DNA from: Candidatus Sumerlaeales bacterium
Lineage (GTDB): Bacteria; Sumerlaeota; Sumerlaeia; Sumerlaeales; Sumerlaeaceae
Assembly (NCBI GenBank): GCA_038243585.1
Contig: JBBSQY010000003.1
Location: 67,703 to 131,702, forward strand
Direction of reading: 5' to 3'
DNA: 64,000 nucleotides
Shown: in pieces, positions 10,029-19,221 of the stretch
How positions within the stretch are numbered: the first letter of the stretch is position 1
How the letters are laid out: each line of letters starts with the position of its first letter
Notes under the pieces: model-generated
What the model saw: the letters and a program-made list of their open reading frames with translations, nothing else
The model's database searches: none
What the model was told of the DNA's origin: nothing
Program-made: the position numbers and the translations under genes

Positions 10029-11134
10029 GAACTGTACGCGCCATAGTCTCTTCTCTGTTGCCCTTATTGCTGTTGCTTCCGGCGGCACACGCTGCTGCTC
10101 AGCAGGGAGACAGCTATCCAAGGGTTGAGACAAGGGTGGAACCCACGTCAGGAACGGTGGGGGCGCGATTCAGTCTCATTGTTTCGGCGACAGCACCTGA
10201 TCTCCAGAATCTGGAGACGCTTCCGCTATTTGAAACTCAAACCACGTGGACGGCGATAGGTGATCCGCAGGTTTCTGATTCTCCTCGCGGCGCCCTTCAC
10301 ACGCGCACCTATACTTATACGATTGTTCCCTTTGAAACCGGACGTGAAGCCGTTCCCGCAATTGCAGTGACTTACTCTCCCAAAGACGGTGCCACGTCAA
10401 ATACGGTGCTTTCCGAGCCGCTTTGGGTTGAAGTGAACAGCGTGCTAAGCGGCAATGGGTCGGCCTCGGCGCTGAGAGAGGTAAGCCCGCCAACGGCGCT
10501 GCCAGTTCCAGCCGCAGTTGTGTGGACTAGCGCAATAATACTACTATTATTGGTAGGTCTACTCGGCTGGTGGTTGTGGCGTCGTTACTCAGCCAGACTG
10601 AAACGAATGCTTGGCCGTGCGCTTTCGCCGCCAGAGCTGGCTCTCAAACAGATCGACGACTTGGAAAACGAGCGGCTGATCGAACACAAAAAAATCAAAG
10701 AATTTTATACGCGCCTGTCCGACGCTATGCGAGAGTATGTTCAAGCCGCTTACGGCGTCCAGGCCATGGATCTTACTTCCAACGAGCTTCTGCGAGAGCT
10801 CGACGAGCGGGCGGGTTATCAGCCGGCAGAGAACGCGGACGGATACCGACGCGCTGTCGCCCGCCTGTCAGAAATGCTGGACGAGGCCGATTTGGTAAAG
10901 TTTGCTCGCCTGATGCCAGAAGTATCCCGATGCCGCAAAGCTTTGCAGTCCGGTCGCGACGTTGTTATGCTAACCAAATATAGATTTGAACCTGTAGAAG
11001 ATCCCGCATCCAATAGGCGCAATGCACGCGTTGGGGGCCCGCCTTCGCCGCCTCCAGTACCATCGCCGGCTGCTGGTCCCACAGCGCCTCCATACCCCGC
11101 TGAATCTAATCAGCAGTCAGAGGGGTCGAGATGA
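10025..11134 (+). CDS. Bat-cluster membrane protein (BatD-like Ig domain / DUF4381-like)
   Basis: TTG start overlapping the upstream stop. Signal peptide, beta-rich domain, TM, then KEFYTRLSDAMREY...AMDLTSNEL...ADLVKFA typical of the gene preceding batA. Confidence 0.8.
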   Translation: MRTVRAIVSSLLPLLLLLPAAHAAAQQGDSYPRVETRVEPTSGTVGARFSLIVSATAPDLQNLETLPLFETQTTWTAIGDPQVSDSPRGALHTRTYTYTIVPFETGREAVPAIAVTYSPKDGATSNTVLSEPLWVEVNSVLSGNGSASALREVSPPTALPVPAAVVWTSAIILLLLVGLLGWWLWRRYSARLKRMLGRALSPPELALKQIDDLENERLIEHKKIKEFYTRLSDAMREYVQAAYGVQAMDLTSNELLRELDERAGYQPAENADGYRRAVARLSEMLDEADLVKFARLMPEVSRCRKALQSGRDVVMLTKYRFEPVEDPASNRRNARVGGPPSPPPVPSPAAGPTAPPYPAESNQQSEGSR

Positions 11135-12150
11135 ATCTGGATGGCCTGAACTCATTCGCGGCGGATCAATACGGCGATTCTATATTTAGGGTAGGCTTGC
11201 CCTGGGTGCTTCTACTTTTGCTCCTCCTGCCTTTTTTGCTCTGGTGGCTTCGCCATCGGGAACGTCGTCGCACTACCACTATCTCTCTTCCAGTTGCGCA
11301 GCTGGCCACATCCATTAGCGCTGGAAATCCTCGGCGCTGGCGACTGATGCTGGACGTTATGCGCATTGTGGCCCTGGCCCTCTTCATAATCGCAATGGCC
11401 CGCCCGCAGTATGGCCGTATAGAGCGAGAAACCTTTAGCGAGGGTATAGATATTGCCCTGGTTCTGGACGTGTCGCTGTCCATGCGCGCAGGAGATTTTC
11501 AGCCCAATCGCCTGGAAGCCGCAAAAGACGTCATAAAGCAGTTTGTACTGGAGCGGCGGGGAGATCGCCTGAGTCTTGTGATTTTCGGCGGCGAAGCAGC
11601 CACCCTGGTTCCGCTTACGCTTGATTCAGACGTGGTTTATTCCTTTGTTGAGCGGGTACGTTTTAATCTGGTCAGTGGAGATACCACTGCCATCGGAATG
11701 GGTTTGGCCACGGCGCTCGATCGTCTTCGCGAGAGCAAGGCCAAAAGTAAAGTCGTTATTCTGCTTACTGATGGTGAAAACAACGCTGGCAAAATCGACC
11801 CCCAAAAAGCCGCGGAAGCCGCCCGGGCACTAGGCGCAAAAGTTTACACAATCGGCGTAGGCAGCAACTCGCCACAAATCGGACCCTTCGGTATGCGGGT
11901 GGATGCCGGGCTGGACGAGGCCAGTTTAACCAAAATGGCAGAGGTCACTGGAGGAAAATACTTCCGGGCTGGAGACGAAGAGAAGCTGCGTGATATTTAT
12001 CAGCAAATTGATAAGCTTGAGAAATCAAAAATCGAATCAACGCAATTTGACAATTTTAACGAACTTCTCCACTGGTTCGTTCTGCCGGCCCTCTGCCTGC
12101 TCCTCATCGAACTTGCCCTTAGATCAACGAGGTTTATTTTATTGCCATGA
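11131..12150 (+). CDS. batA: vWA domain protein BatA
   Basis: N-terminal TMs, AMARPQ, MIDAS DVSLSM, PNRLEAAK, TAIGMGLA, ILLTDGENNAG, KVYTIGVG, TGGKYFRA. Confidence 0.92.
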   Translation: MNLDGLNSFAADQYGDSIFRVGLPWVLLLLLLLPFLLWWLRHRERRRTTTISLPVAQLATSISAGNPRRWRLMLDVMRIVALALFIIAMARPQYGRIERETFSEGIDIALVLDVSLSMRAGDFQPNRLEAAKDVIKQFVLERRGDRLSLVIFGGEAATLVPLTLDSDVVYSFVERVRFNLVSGDTTAIGMGLATALDRLRESKAKSKVVILLTDGENNAGKIDPQKAAEAARALGAKVYTIGVGSNSPQIGPFGMRVDAGLDEASLTKMAEVTGGKYFRAGDEEKLRDIYQQIDKLEKSKIESTQFDNFNELLHWFVLPALCLLLIELALRSTRFILLP

Positions 12151-14291
12151 GATTCGCTATTCCCCATATGCTCTGGCTTCTTATCCTATTGCCAGTTGTT
12201 GGCGCGTTTCTGGTTTGGGCGGTTGGGCACCGGAGGGCGCTGCTGGGCCGCTTTGGCTCAGACAAGGCTCTGGCTAAGCACGGAATCGCTGCCATAAATG
12301 CCATAAGCTGGGTGCGCATTGGTCTCTTTCTCCTGGGTCTTGCCGCTGTCATCTTAGGCTTGGCCCGGCCACAGTGGGGCTATCACGAGCGCCAAGTGGT
12401 AACACGCGGTGTCGATATGGTTATTGCCGTTGATACATCCGCCAGCATGATGGCTAAGGATTTTCCGCCAAACCGCCTCTCGAGGGCAAAAGATCTGTTG
12501 AAAAACCTGATTTGGGAAGCGCGGGGGGATCGGGTCGGCATAGTTGCCTTCTCAGGCAGCGCTCTCGTCATGTGCCCGCTCACTTTGGATTATAACATGG
12601 CTGCCACGGCATTAAAAGCGGTGGACGTGAACACGGTATCGACAAGAGGGACAAACATCGGAGCGGCAATTAATGCGGCCAAAGGGGCTTTTGATATTTC
12701 TGGATCCAACGACCGCATATTAGTGCTCCTCACTGACGGCGAGCAAATGGAGTTGACGGAAGAGCTCGATGCGGCGATAAGCGAGGCCAAAGAAGTTAAC
12801 ATAAAAATCTTCTCAATCGGCCTCGGCACCGCTGACGGAGCAGTTATACCCACCATGGCTGGACCGAAAAAAGACGCTACAGGAAATGTTGTCCGTACCA
12901 GCCTGGATTTTGAAACCTTAAAGAAAATTTCTTCTGCAACGGGCGGTCAGGCGATTCGCGCGGAAAAAATCGGCGCCGGAGAGATCGCCGATATTACCAG
13001 CGCTCTTTCTCAATTCCGGGGCCGCAAACAGCAGGATAAGACTTACAAGGTTTTCCATGATCGATATCCATGGTTCCTTGGAGCAGCGCTGCTCTTTTTT
13101 GTCGCGGAGGCGCTGCTGGCAGGAGTCCATCACTGGAGTTGGCTACGCCGGAGGCGGAGAATCGCTTCTGGAACAGGCTTATTGTTTGTCGCTATTGTCA
13201 CCGGCCACGGTGCCGCGTTTGCCTACCCCGGAGAGGATTTTGTTCGGTCAAGAGACGCCCTGCAAAAATACCGTGCCGGAGATTACAATCAATCTACTTC
13301 CCTTTATGATCAGGCGGCGAAGCTGGATCCACAAGATCCGCAGATTCATTATAACTTGGGTGCCGCCGCTTCGAAAGCGGGTAAGGTCGACGCTGCACGG
13401 GAAGCTTTTGGAAAGGTATATGATCCGACTCAGCCCGCGCTGAACGCCGAAGCAAGATTTGGAATGGCGATTCTAAACCATCGTGACGTGCGAAAGGTTA
13501 TCGCCGAAAACAAAGAACAGTGGGCTCCTAAGCTGGCCTCGGGTGATGAGGCCGCGACAAAAGAAGTTAAAGATGCCATCAGTAAGCTGAAGGAAATTAT
13601 TGGCGAGTACAAGGAAACCATTCTTGCCAAGCCGGACGACATTGACATGAAAGCCAATTACGAATTGGCGAAGAAAGACTTGGAAGAGCTGGAAAAGCTG
13701 CTGCAGGATAATCAGAGCGAACAGCAGCAACAACAACAACAGGACCAGCAACAGAAAAACGAAGAAGAAAAGAAAGACGAACAGAAGCAAGGCGAAGATC
13801 AGAAGGACAAGCAGGATTCTCAGGGGAAAGAAGGTGAGAAGGGCAAGGACGACCCAAAACCTGGTGAAGATTCAAAACCAGGCGAAAATCCCCCTGAGGA
13901 TAAGCCGAAGGATAACCCTGGAGACCAGCCCGACGAGGAAAAAACTCCAGAGGGCAAAGAAGATGAAAAAAAGCCGGGAGAGGACAAGCCAGATGACGCA
14001 ACCGGCGATAAGCCCGGTGACCAGAAAAAGCAGGACGGGAAGCCTGACCCAAAGGGAACTCCTGCGCCAACCCCGACACCATCGCCAACACCAACAGGCA
14101 CTTCTGGTCCGGGTGAAACTCCCGGGCAGGGGAGCGAACCTTCCCAGCAGGGTCAGCCAGTTCCTGTGGGCCAGATGAGCCCTACAGACGTTGACCGTTT
14201 ACTGAATACCCTACCACCCGAAGATCAGCGCGCGCTGCAATTGATGATGGGCGCACCGACCGATCAGCAGGACATGAAAAATGACTGGTAG
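12147..14291 (+). CDS. batB: vWA + TPR protein (BatB-BatC fusion)
   Basis: LARPQWG, MIDAS DTSASM, LLTDGE, TM, TPRs (YNLGAA; ANYELA), Q/E/K/D/P-rich linker, terminal KNDW. ATGA overlap with batA. Confidence 0.88.
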   Translation: MRFAIPHMLWLLILLPVVGAFLVWAVGHRRALLGRFGSDKALAKHGIAAINAISWVRIGLFLLGLAAVILGLARPQWGYHERQVVTRGVDMVIAVDTSASMMAKDFPPNRLSRAKDLLKNLIWEARGDRVGIVAFSGSALVMCPLTLDYNMAATALKAVDVNTVSTRGTNIGAAINAAKGAFDISGSNDRILVLLTDGEQMELTEELDAAISEAKEVNIKIFSIGLGTADGAVIPTMAGPKKDATGNVVRTSLDFETLKKISSATGGQAIRAEKIGAGEIADITSALSQFRGRKQQDKTYKVFHDRYPWFLGAALLFFVAEALLAGVHHWSWLRRRRRIASGTGLLFVAIVTGHGAAFAYPGEDFVRSRDALQKYRAGDYNQSTSLYDQAAKLDPQDPQIHYNLGAAASKAGKVDAAREAFGKVYDPTQPALNAEARFGMAILNHRDVRKVIAENKEQWAPKLASGDEAATKEVKDAISKLKEIIGEYKETILAKPDDIDMKANYELAKKDLEELEKLLQDNQSEQQQQQQQDQQQKNEEEKKDEQKQGEDQKDKQDSQGKEGEKGKDDPKPGEDSKPGENPPEDKPKDNPGDQPDEEKTPEGKEDEKKPGEDKPDDATGDKPGDQKKQDGKPDPKGTPAPTPTPSPTPTGTSGPGETPGQGSEPSQQGQPVPVGQMSPTDVDRLLNTLPPEDQRALQLMMGAPTDQQDMKNDW

Positions 14292-16236
14292 CTGCGTCAG
14301 AGTAACTTTGCAGCGGTTCCTTCTTTTCTTTGCGATGGGATTATGTACCAGCCTGTGCCTCGCTCAGCGTAACAGCACTGTTTCGGCGTCGGTTCAACCG
14401 GCGCAGGTTTCCGTCGGCGATTCGATTATATACGAAGTATCGGTTAATCTTACGGGATCGGGACAACCGTCAGTTGCCGTGCCCGCGATCAGCCCTGATA
14501 CTGGCTTGTCGAATCCCACACCCGCGGGTCAGCAAACAAGTCTTGAAAGTTATATCGTCAATGGGGACTTCCGCAGTGTACAGCGGATCACATACGCATA
14601 CAGCATTCGTACGAGCAAAGAGGGTACCTTTACTATCCCGCCATCCACGGTTACTATCAACGGGAAAACTGTTGAGACGCAACCGGTTGAGGTCGAAGTC
14701 CGGAGCGTGCCGAAGGCTACCAATGTTCCATCGGAACTCGAGGGACTGGTTGTTGCGCCGAATGTGTCAGGCAACCCGGAACTCCAGCGAAAACTGACGG
14801 GGGTTATTTTCATTCTGCCTGTTCTGTCTAATAACGACCCCTATAATGGCGAGCAGGTTCGAATATCTTACCATCTTGTTATTGAGCCGAAGGCACTGGA
14901 AGACGCTGGCTTATTACCACACACGAATCTGGATGGGGTAAAAGTTCCCCCCATGAACGAGTTTATCACCGAAGAGCTTTACCCGTTTCCGCAGGACCTC
15001 AAGTTTCAGGAACGCAAAATTGGCGGCAAAATCTATCTCGTGGCACCGGTCTATGAAGCGGTTATCTCATCCACTAAAGCAGGAAAGCTACAAATTGAAC
15101 CTTTCCAGGTGAGCATGATTTTTTCCATGCGAAGCCGGGGCAGACAGGCGTCGTCTCCTTTTGGAAACGATCCGTTTTTTTCATCTATCAACCCTCTATC
15201 CGTCATGGGTGGAAATTCCATTCAAGTAATTGCACAATCGCCACTTTTAAGTCTGAACGTAAAAGCGGTTCCCGAGATCGACCGTCCTGCCAATTTTGCC
15301 GGGGCAGTGGGCACTTTCAAAGTTTCCGCCGAAGTGGATAAAAAAACGGCTAAAGCCTTTGACGAGACAATCGCGCTGGATGTGACAGTCGAAGGAGTTG
15401 GAAACACCGATTCTCTGTCCCCACCGACCTTGCCCTCAATGCCCGGATTTACTGTGCTTGGCGAACCTGAACAACAAACTACAGGCCATAAGGTTGAAGA
15501 CGAATACGTGTCCGTTAAGAAATTTTCTTACACGCTTAGGCCGACGGTTTCCGGCGCACAAACAATTCCTCCGGTTGAGATGAGTTACTTCGAACCCAAA
15601 ACCGAAACCTTTATAAAGACAGGGAGCGAAGCAATTCCATTAAGCATCTCGCCGGGAACGCGACCAGCACCGGCGCCGACTCCTCAATCTGTAGAAGACG
15701 AGCCGGAAAAAGCGCCGCCGGCTGAGCTCGACCTGCGCTACATTTCTACTGAACGCCTTTCCGATCCCAACTCCGGCCTAAATCGTTTCGCAGGTTTTCC
15801 GGGAATGGTAACATTTTTGCTACCCCCATTTTTTCTGGCTGCTGCCGGAATGGTCGCATGGCGACAAAAGCAATCCCAGCATAAGTTATCTGATCCGATA
15901 AAGCTCGCGCGAGTGTCATCAGCACAGCACCTTAAAGACGCGCAGGTTGCTTTAGATGCCGGGAAAAATCAGGAAATGGCTTCTGAACTCGCCGAGGGAA
16001 TGCGGCTCCATTTTGCTTCTCGATTCCGAATTACAGGCGCAGAGGCAACCATTCCTGCACTGGAAGAACATCTCACACGCAGCGGTGCGCCCTCCGAACT
16101 GACCGCTGCTATGACCAGAGTTCTGGAAGTTTGCGACAGCGCTCAGTATGCTCCGTCTTCGTTAAGCAAGGCTGACGGGCGAGAACTTTACACAGAAGCA
16201 ATGCGTGTTCTTAAAGAGTCGGAGACTTTCATTTGA
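14281..16236 (+). CDS. batD: BatD family protein
   Basis: Signal peptide, repeated Ig-like segments, FAGAVGTFKV motif, C-terminal TM and CDSAQYAP. Confidence 0.88.
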   Translation: MTGSCVRVTLQRFLLFFAMGLCTSLCLAQRNSTVSASVQPAQVSVGDSIIYEVSVNLTGSGQPSVAVPAISPDTGLSNPTPAGQQTSLESYIVNGDFRSVQRITYAYSIRTSKEGTFTIPPSTVTINGKTVETQPVEVEVRSVPKATNVPSELEGLVVAPNVSGNPELQRKLTGVIFILPVLSNNDPYNGEQVRISYHLVIEPKALEDAGLLPHTNLDGVKVPPMNEFITEELYPFPQDLKFQERKIGGKIYLVAPVYEAVISSTKAGKLQIEPFQVSMIFSMRSRGRQASSPFGNDPFFSSINPLSVMGGNSIQVIAQSPLLSLNVKAVPEIDRPANFAGAVGTFKVSAEVDKKTAKAFDETIALDVTVEGVGNTDSLSPPTLPSMPGFTVLGEPEQQTTGHKVEDEYVSVKKFSYTLRPTVSGAQTIPPVEMSYFEPKTETFIKTGSEAIPLSISPGTRPAPAPTPQSVEDEPEKAPPAELDLRYISTERLSDPNSGLNRFAGFPGMVTFLLPPFFLAAAGMVAWRQKQSQHKLSDPIKLARVSSAQHLKDAQVALDAGKNQEMASELAEGMRLHFASRFRITGAEATIPALEEHLTRSGAPSELTAAMTRVLEVCDSAQYAPSSLSKADGRELYTEAMRVLKESETFI

Positions 16237-17033
16237 AAAGCATGAGCGCATTGCTGAAAATCCTGGTAGTCACCATGGCTTTTTGTGTTTTCCCAACGCA
16301 CGGTCGGGCTGCAACCACTATGACTTTACAAACTGCCAATGATCTGTTTGCCGCGGGCAACGCCTTCTATCGGGGTCAGAATTTTGAAGCTGCCCGAGAA
16401 GCTTATCAACAATTGCTTAACGCAGGGTATGACACTGCGCCTGTCCTTTATAATCTTGGAACCGCGGAAGCGCGGATGGGTAGCGCCACCCAGGCGCTCG
16501 CACACCTGGCAAGAGCTGAAAAACAGCGTCCGCGTGATGGTAACATACAGGCTAATATTGCTTTCGTAAAAAAAGCACCAGTGCAGTCCCTTAATACAAC
16601 CGCTAATGAATTGGTGGTCAGGGAGTCGATCTGGAGCCGAATCTATGGGTTCTTGACGGCAAGAGAATGGTTGGCGCTGCTGTGGATGGGGCTTATGGCT
16701 GCTTGTACTGGTGGAGTTTTACTGTTCTTCGCGCGCAACGCCCGATTGCACTCGATCGCGCACGGCTTAGTATTGGGTGGAGCAGGATTTATGGCCCTCG
16801 TTACTATCCCAGCCGCTACTCAATATTATCAATCACGTGTAGTCCAAAGTGCCATCGTAGTTTCGCCAGCGGAGTTATTAAGCGGCCCGGCACAACGGTT
16901 TACCCGCATAGCGAATCTTACTCAGGGCCAGATCGTCCGTAACCTTAAGGGTTCTGAAAAAGATTACCTGCATGTAAAACTGGACAATGGTCTTCACGGT
17001 TACGTGAAAAGTGATGCATTGCTCGAGATGTAA
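16233..17033 (+). CDS. batE: BatE-like TPR + SH3-like protein
   Basis: Signal peptide, GNAFYRGQNFEAA...LYNLG...PRDGNIQANI TPRs, two TMs, C-terminal SH3b-like LSGP...GLHGYV. Confidence 0.82.
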   Translation: MKSMSALLKILVVTMAFCVFPTHGRAATTMTLQTANDLFAAGNAFYRGQNFEAAREAYQQLLNAGYDTAPVLYNLGTAEARMGSATQALAHLARAEKQRPRDGNIQANIAFVKKAPVQSLNTTANELVVRESIWSRIYGFLTAREWLALLWMGLMAACTGGVLLFFARNARLHSIAHGLVLGGAGFMALVTIPAATQYYQSRVVQSAIVVSPAELLSGPAQRFTRIANLTQGQIVRNLKGSEKDYLHVKLDNGLHGYVKSDALLEM

Positions 17034-17089
17034 ACCGGGGCTGTCGTTGACGGACAAACGTCTGGCCTCGTCAATCGTCAATTTTAAAA

Positions 17090-18667
17090 TTACCTTGCCG
17101 GTGGTGCAGTCGCGGGACGGTTACTTCTACCTGAAAACCATCTGATTACAAGTCCAATTAACCCCATGGCAACGAGGGACAACCCTAGAAAACTGCCCCA
17201 TATACCAGCTTTCCCCAGCAATGGCGCCAAGGGAGTATCGAGTCCCTGCAGGATCATATAAATTGTATACCCCAGCATAGGCAGCCAGGAAAGGGGCATG
17301 ATAATGATTCCCATAATCAGCAGGGTTGCGGAACTATTGGACTTTTTCGACTTTATGGCCGTGATCCCATCGTTTTTAACTGCGCTACTTGAAGCGGCCG
17401 TTTGTGCAGTCGGGTTGGAATCTGCGCCGGATGATTGTTCTTCCACATTATCTGCGCTGGTGTCAGGGGGCAAAGGAGTGCGACGCAAGGCGCTGATTTG
17501 CGGCAATCCAGACGTGGCAACAAAAGCGTAGCCGCAGGTAGGACATTTTACGCGGCTGTCTTTATTCCCGTCGTAAAGCGATATGGGCGTGCCATCAAAG
17601 GGACACTGCACATTATCCATGGCGTGTCCGGAGTGTTCAACATTAACGAGTTCGCGGGCAGCAAGATCCGATAATCCAGTAGTCAGAACTCGCAGGCGTT
17701 CAATGATGTGATCCTGTTGAACCAGCAGCATGTCGGCGTAGCGCTGCAGGTCCATGCGCCGACGCAACTGGTTCAGATACAGCAGGCAAGGATCATAGGT
17801 ATCCTGCTCGCGCGCATTGAGGCGCTCCATGCCCTCTTTACAGGTCAGATGATAGCGTTCCATCTCCAGATGGAGCGGTTCGAGCACAGTGGCAGTAAAC
17901 GCCCGTTGAATCTGATCAAACCGGGCCAGAGCCAGATGGTTATCCTCAACCGCGTCCATAAGTGGCCGGTGGGATGCCGACGCAGTAAGCACGTTGCGCA
18001 GAGCCTGACTAAAAACGGAATCGCGATATGAATCCCAGCCACGCAAAAGAATTTGGGCCTGAGTGTTCATGCCAGAAGTGTGCTGGTTCCAGTCTAATCC
18101 TCGCATAGAGCACACGAGGCGGTGGGTGAAAGCCAGGTAATCCGGTGAAAGGGGCTGATTCTCAATGGTCAGCGGAACATTTGTGGGCAGAGGAACATGG
18201 CCTGTAGCCGGTGAGTTAAGGACAAGCTTTCCCATTCCTAGAAAAACAGCGGTTACATCCGCCATGCTGCCGGCGGTCCGGTCCGGCTCTACGCTGCCGC
18301 CCGCGATGTTGCTGATTATAAGATAGGTGCGCGCGATCTGGCGGGTTATGAATGCCAGTGCAGTGGTCGGGGTGGCCAATGCAGAAACGGGTACTTCCAT
18401 TGCAAAATGTTCGTTGCCCGGATCCGTACGCACGAGACGTGGTGGCTGGCCGTCATTGATGATCGTAAGGTCGAACATGGCATTACGAAGCCCGATCCAA
18501 TCGCCCAGAACACGAGAAACCACCTGAAGTGCGGGTAGTTCTGTGGACGTCAGAGGCGGAGGATCCAGAATCCGATAATGAGCGCGTACCCCCGCGGCTT
18601 TTTCCAGCGTAGCAAGAAGCTCCAGGATATGTCGCGCCACTGGATCGGCGGCTAAACGGCTATCCAA
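17090..18667 (-). CDS. Hypothetical membrane protein (degenerate zinc-peptidase-like domain, coiled coil, Zn ribbon, 2 C-terminal TMs)
   Basis: 525-aa ORF (TTG start) with DVTAVFLGMGKLVLN, a helical centre, CPFD-x-CPTC and two hydrophobic helices at the C-terminus. Confidence 0.65.
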   Translation of the reverse strand: MDSRLAADPVARHILELLATLEKAAGVRAHYRILDPPPLTSTELPALQVVSRVLGDWIGLRNAMFDLTIINDGQPPRLVRTDPGNEHFAMEVPVSALATPTTALAFITRQIARTYLIISNIAGGSVEPDRTAGSMADVTAVFLGMGKLVLNSPATGHVPLPTNVPLTIENQPLSPDYLAFTHRLVCSMRGLDWNQHTSGMNTQAQILLRGWDSYRDSVFSQALRNVLTASASHRPLMDAVEDNHLALARFDQIQRAFTATVLEPLHLEMERYHLTCKEGMERLNAREQDTYDPCLLYLNQLRRRMDLQRYADMLLVQQDHIIERLRVLTTGLSDLAARELVNVEHSGHAMDNVQCPFDGTPISLYDGNKDSRVKCPTCGYAFVATSGLPQISALRRTPLPPDTSADNVEEQSSGADSNPTAQTAASSSAVKNDGITAIKSKKSNSSATLLIMGIIIMPLSWLPMLGYTIYMILQGLDTPLAPLLGKAGIWGSFLGLSLVAMGLIGLVIRWFSGRSNRPATAPPAR

Positions 18668-19221
18668 TTGATAAACCTGTGCTGAAGGACTGATTTTGTG
18701 CCCAGATACGGCAACAGAATGATATTTTACAAATATGCGTCAAATTTATAACGTCCAGTCTCTCAACTCCTCCAGCGCGGGCCACTGCTGATGTGCACAT
18801 GAAATCACCCTGAGTCAATTAACTCGAGTTATGACACTCAAACAACTGTAAGAGATTCTTCAATACGCCATTCAGCTTAAAAAAATCTGCGAGTCACGAA
18901 TCTCACCACACTGTCAACAATCCGTTTTAGGTAGCCGCTAGGTGTTGCGCTCTGAGCAATATTGAACACATTAAGGTAATTTTGCTGATCCGCCGACATG
19001 TCCGTCATAGGGGATTCTTTGTGGAAAGCGCTTTATTTCTCGCATTTGCTTCGTTTCTAAAGCGGTCAATTCCGTGCTTGACCAAGCGGCACCGACCGGT
19101 TCAGTTATAAACTTCGAATCCGGATTTTGCAGGTCGCACGTGCTTCCTGTAAGAATCTCCCGTGGAAGGGGATAGCGGCTAAGGCCGTTTTCTCCAAAGT
19201 TGACTGTTGAGGGTTCACACG

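Noticed and set aside
19095..19125. TTCGAATCC resembling a tRNA T-loop (also GGTTCGACT near 62710)
   Set aside because: No T-stem pairing, acceptor stem or cloverleaf can be built around either site.
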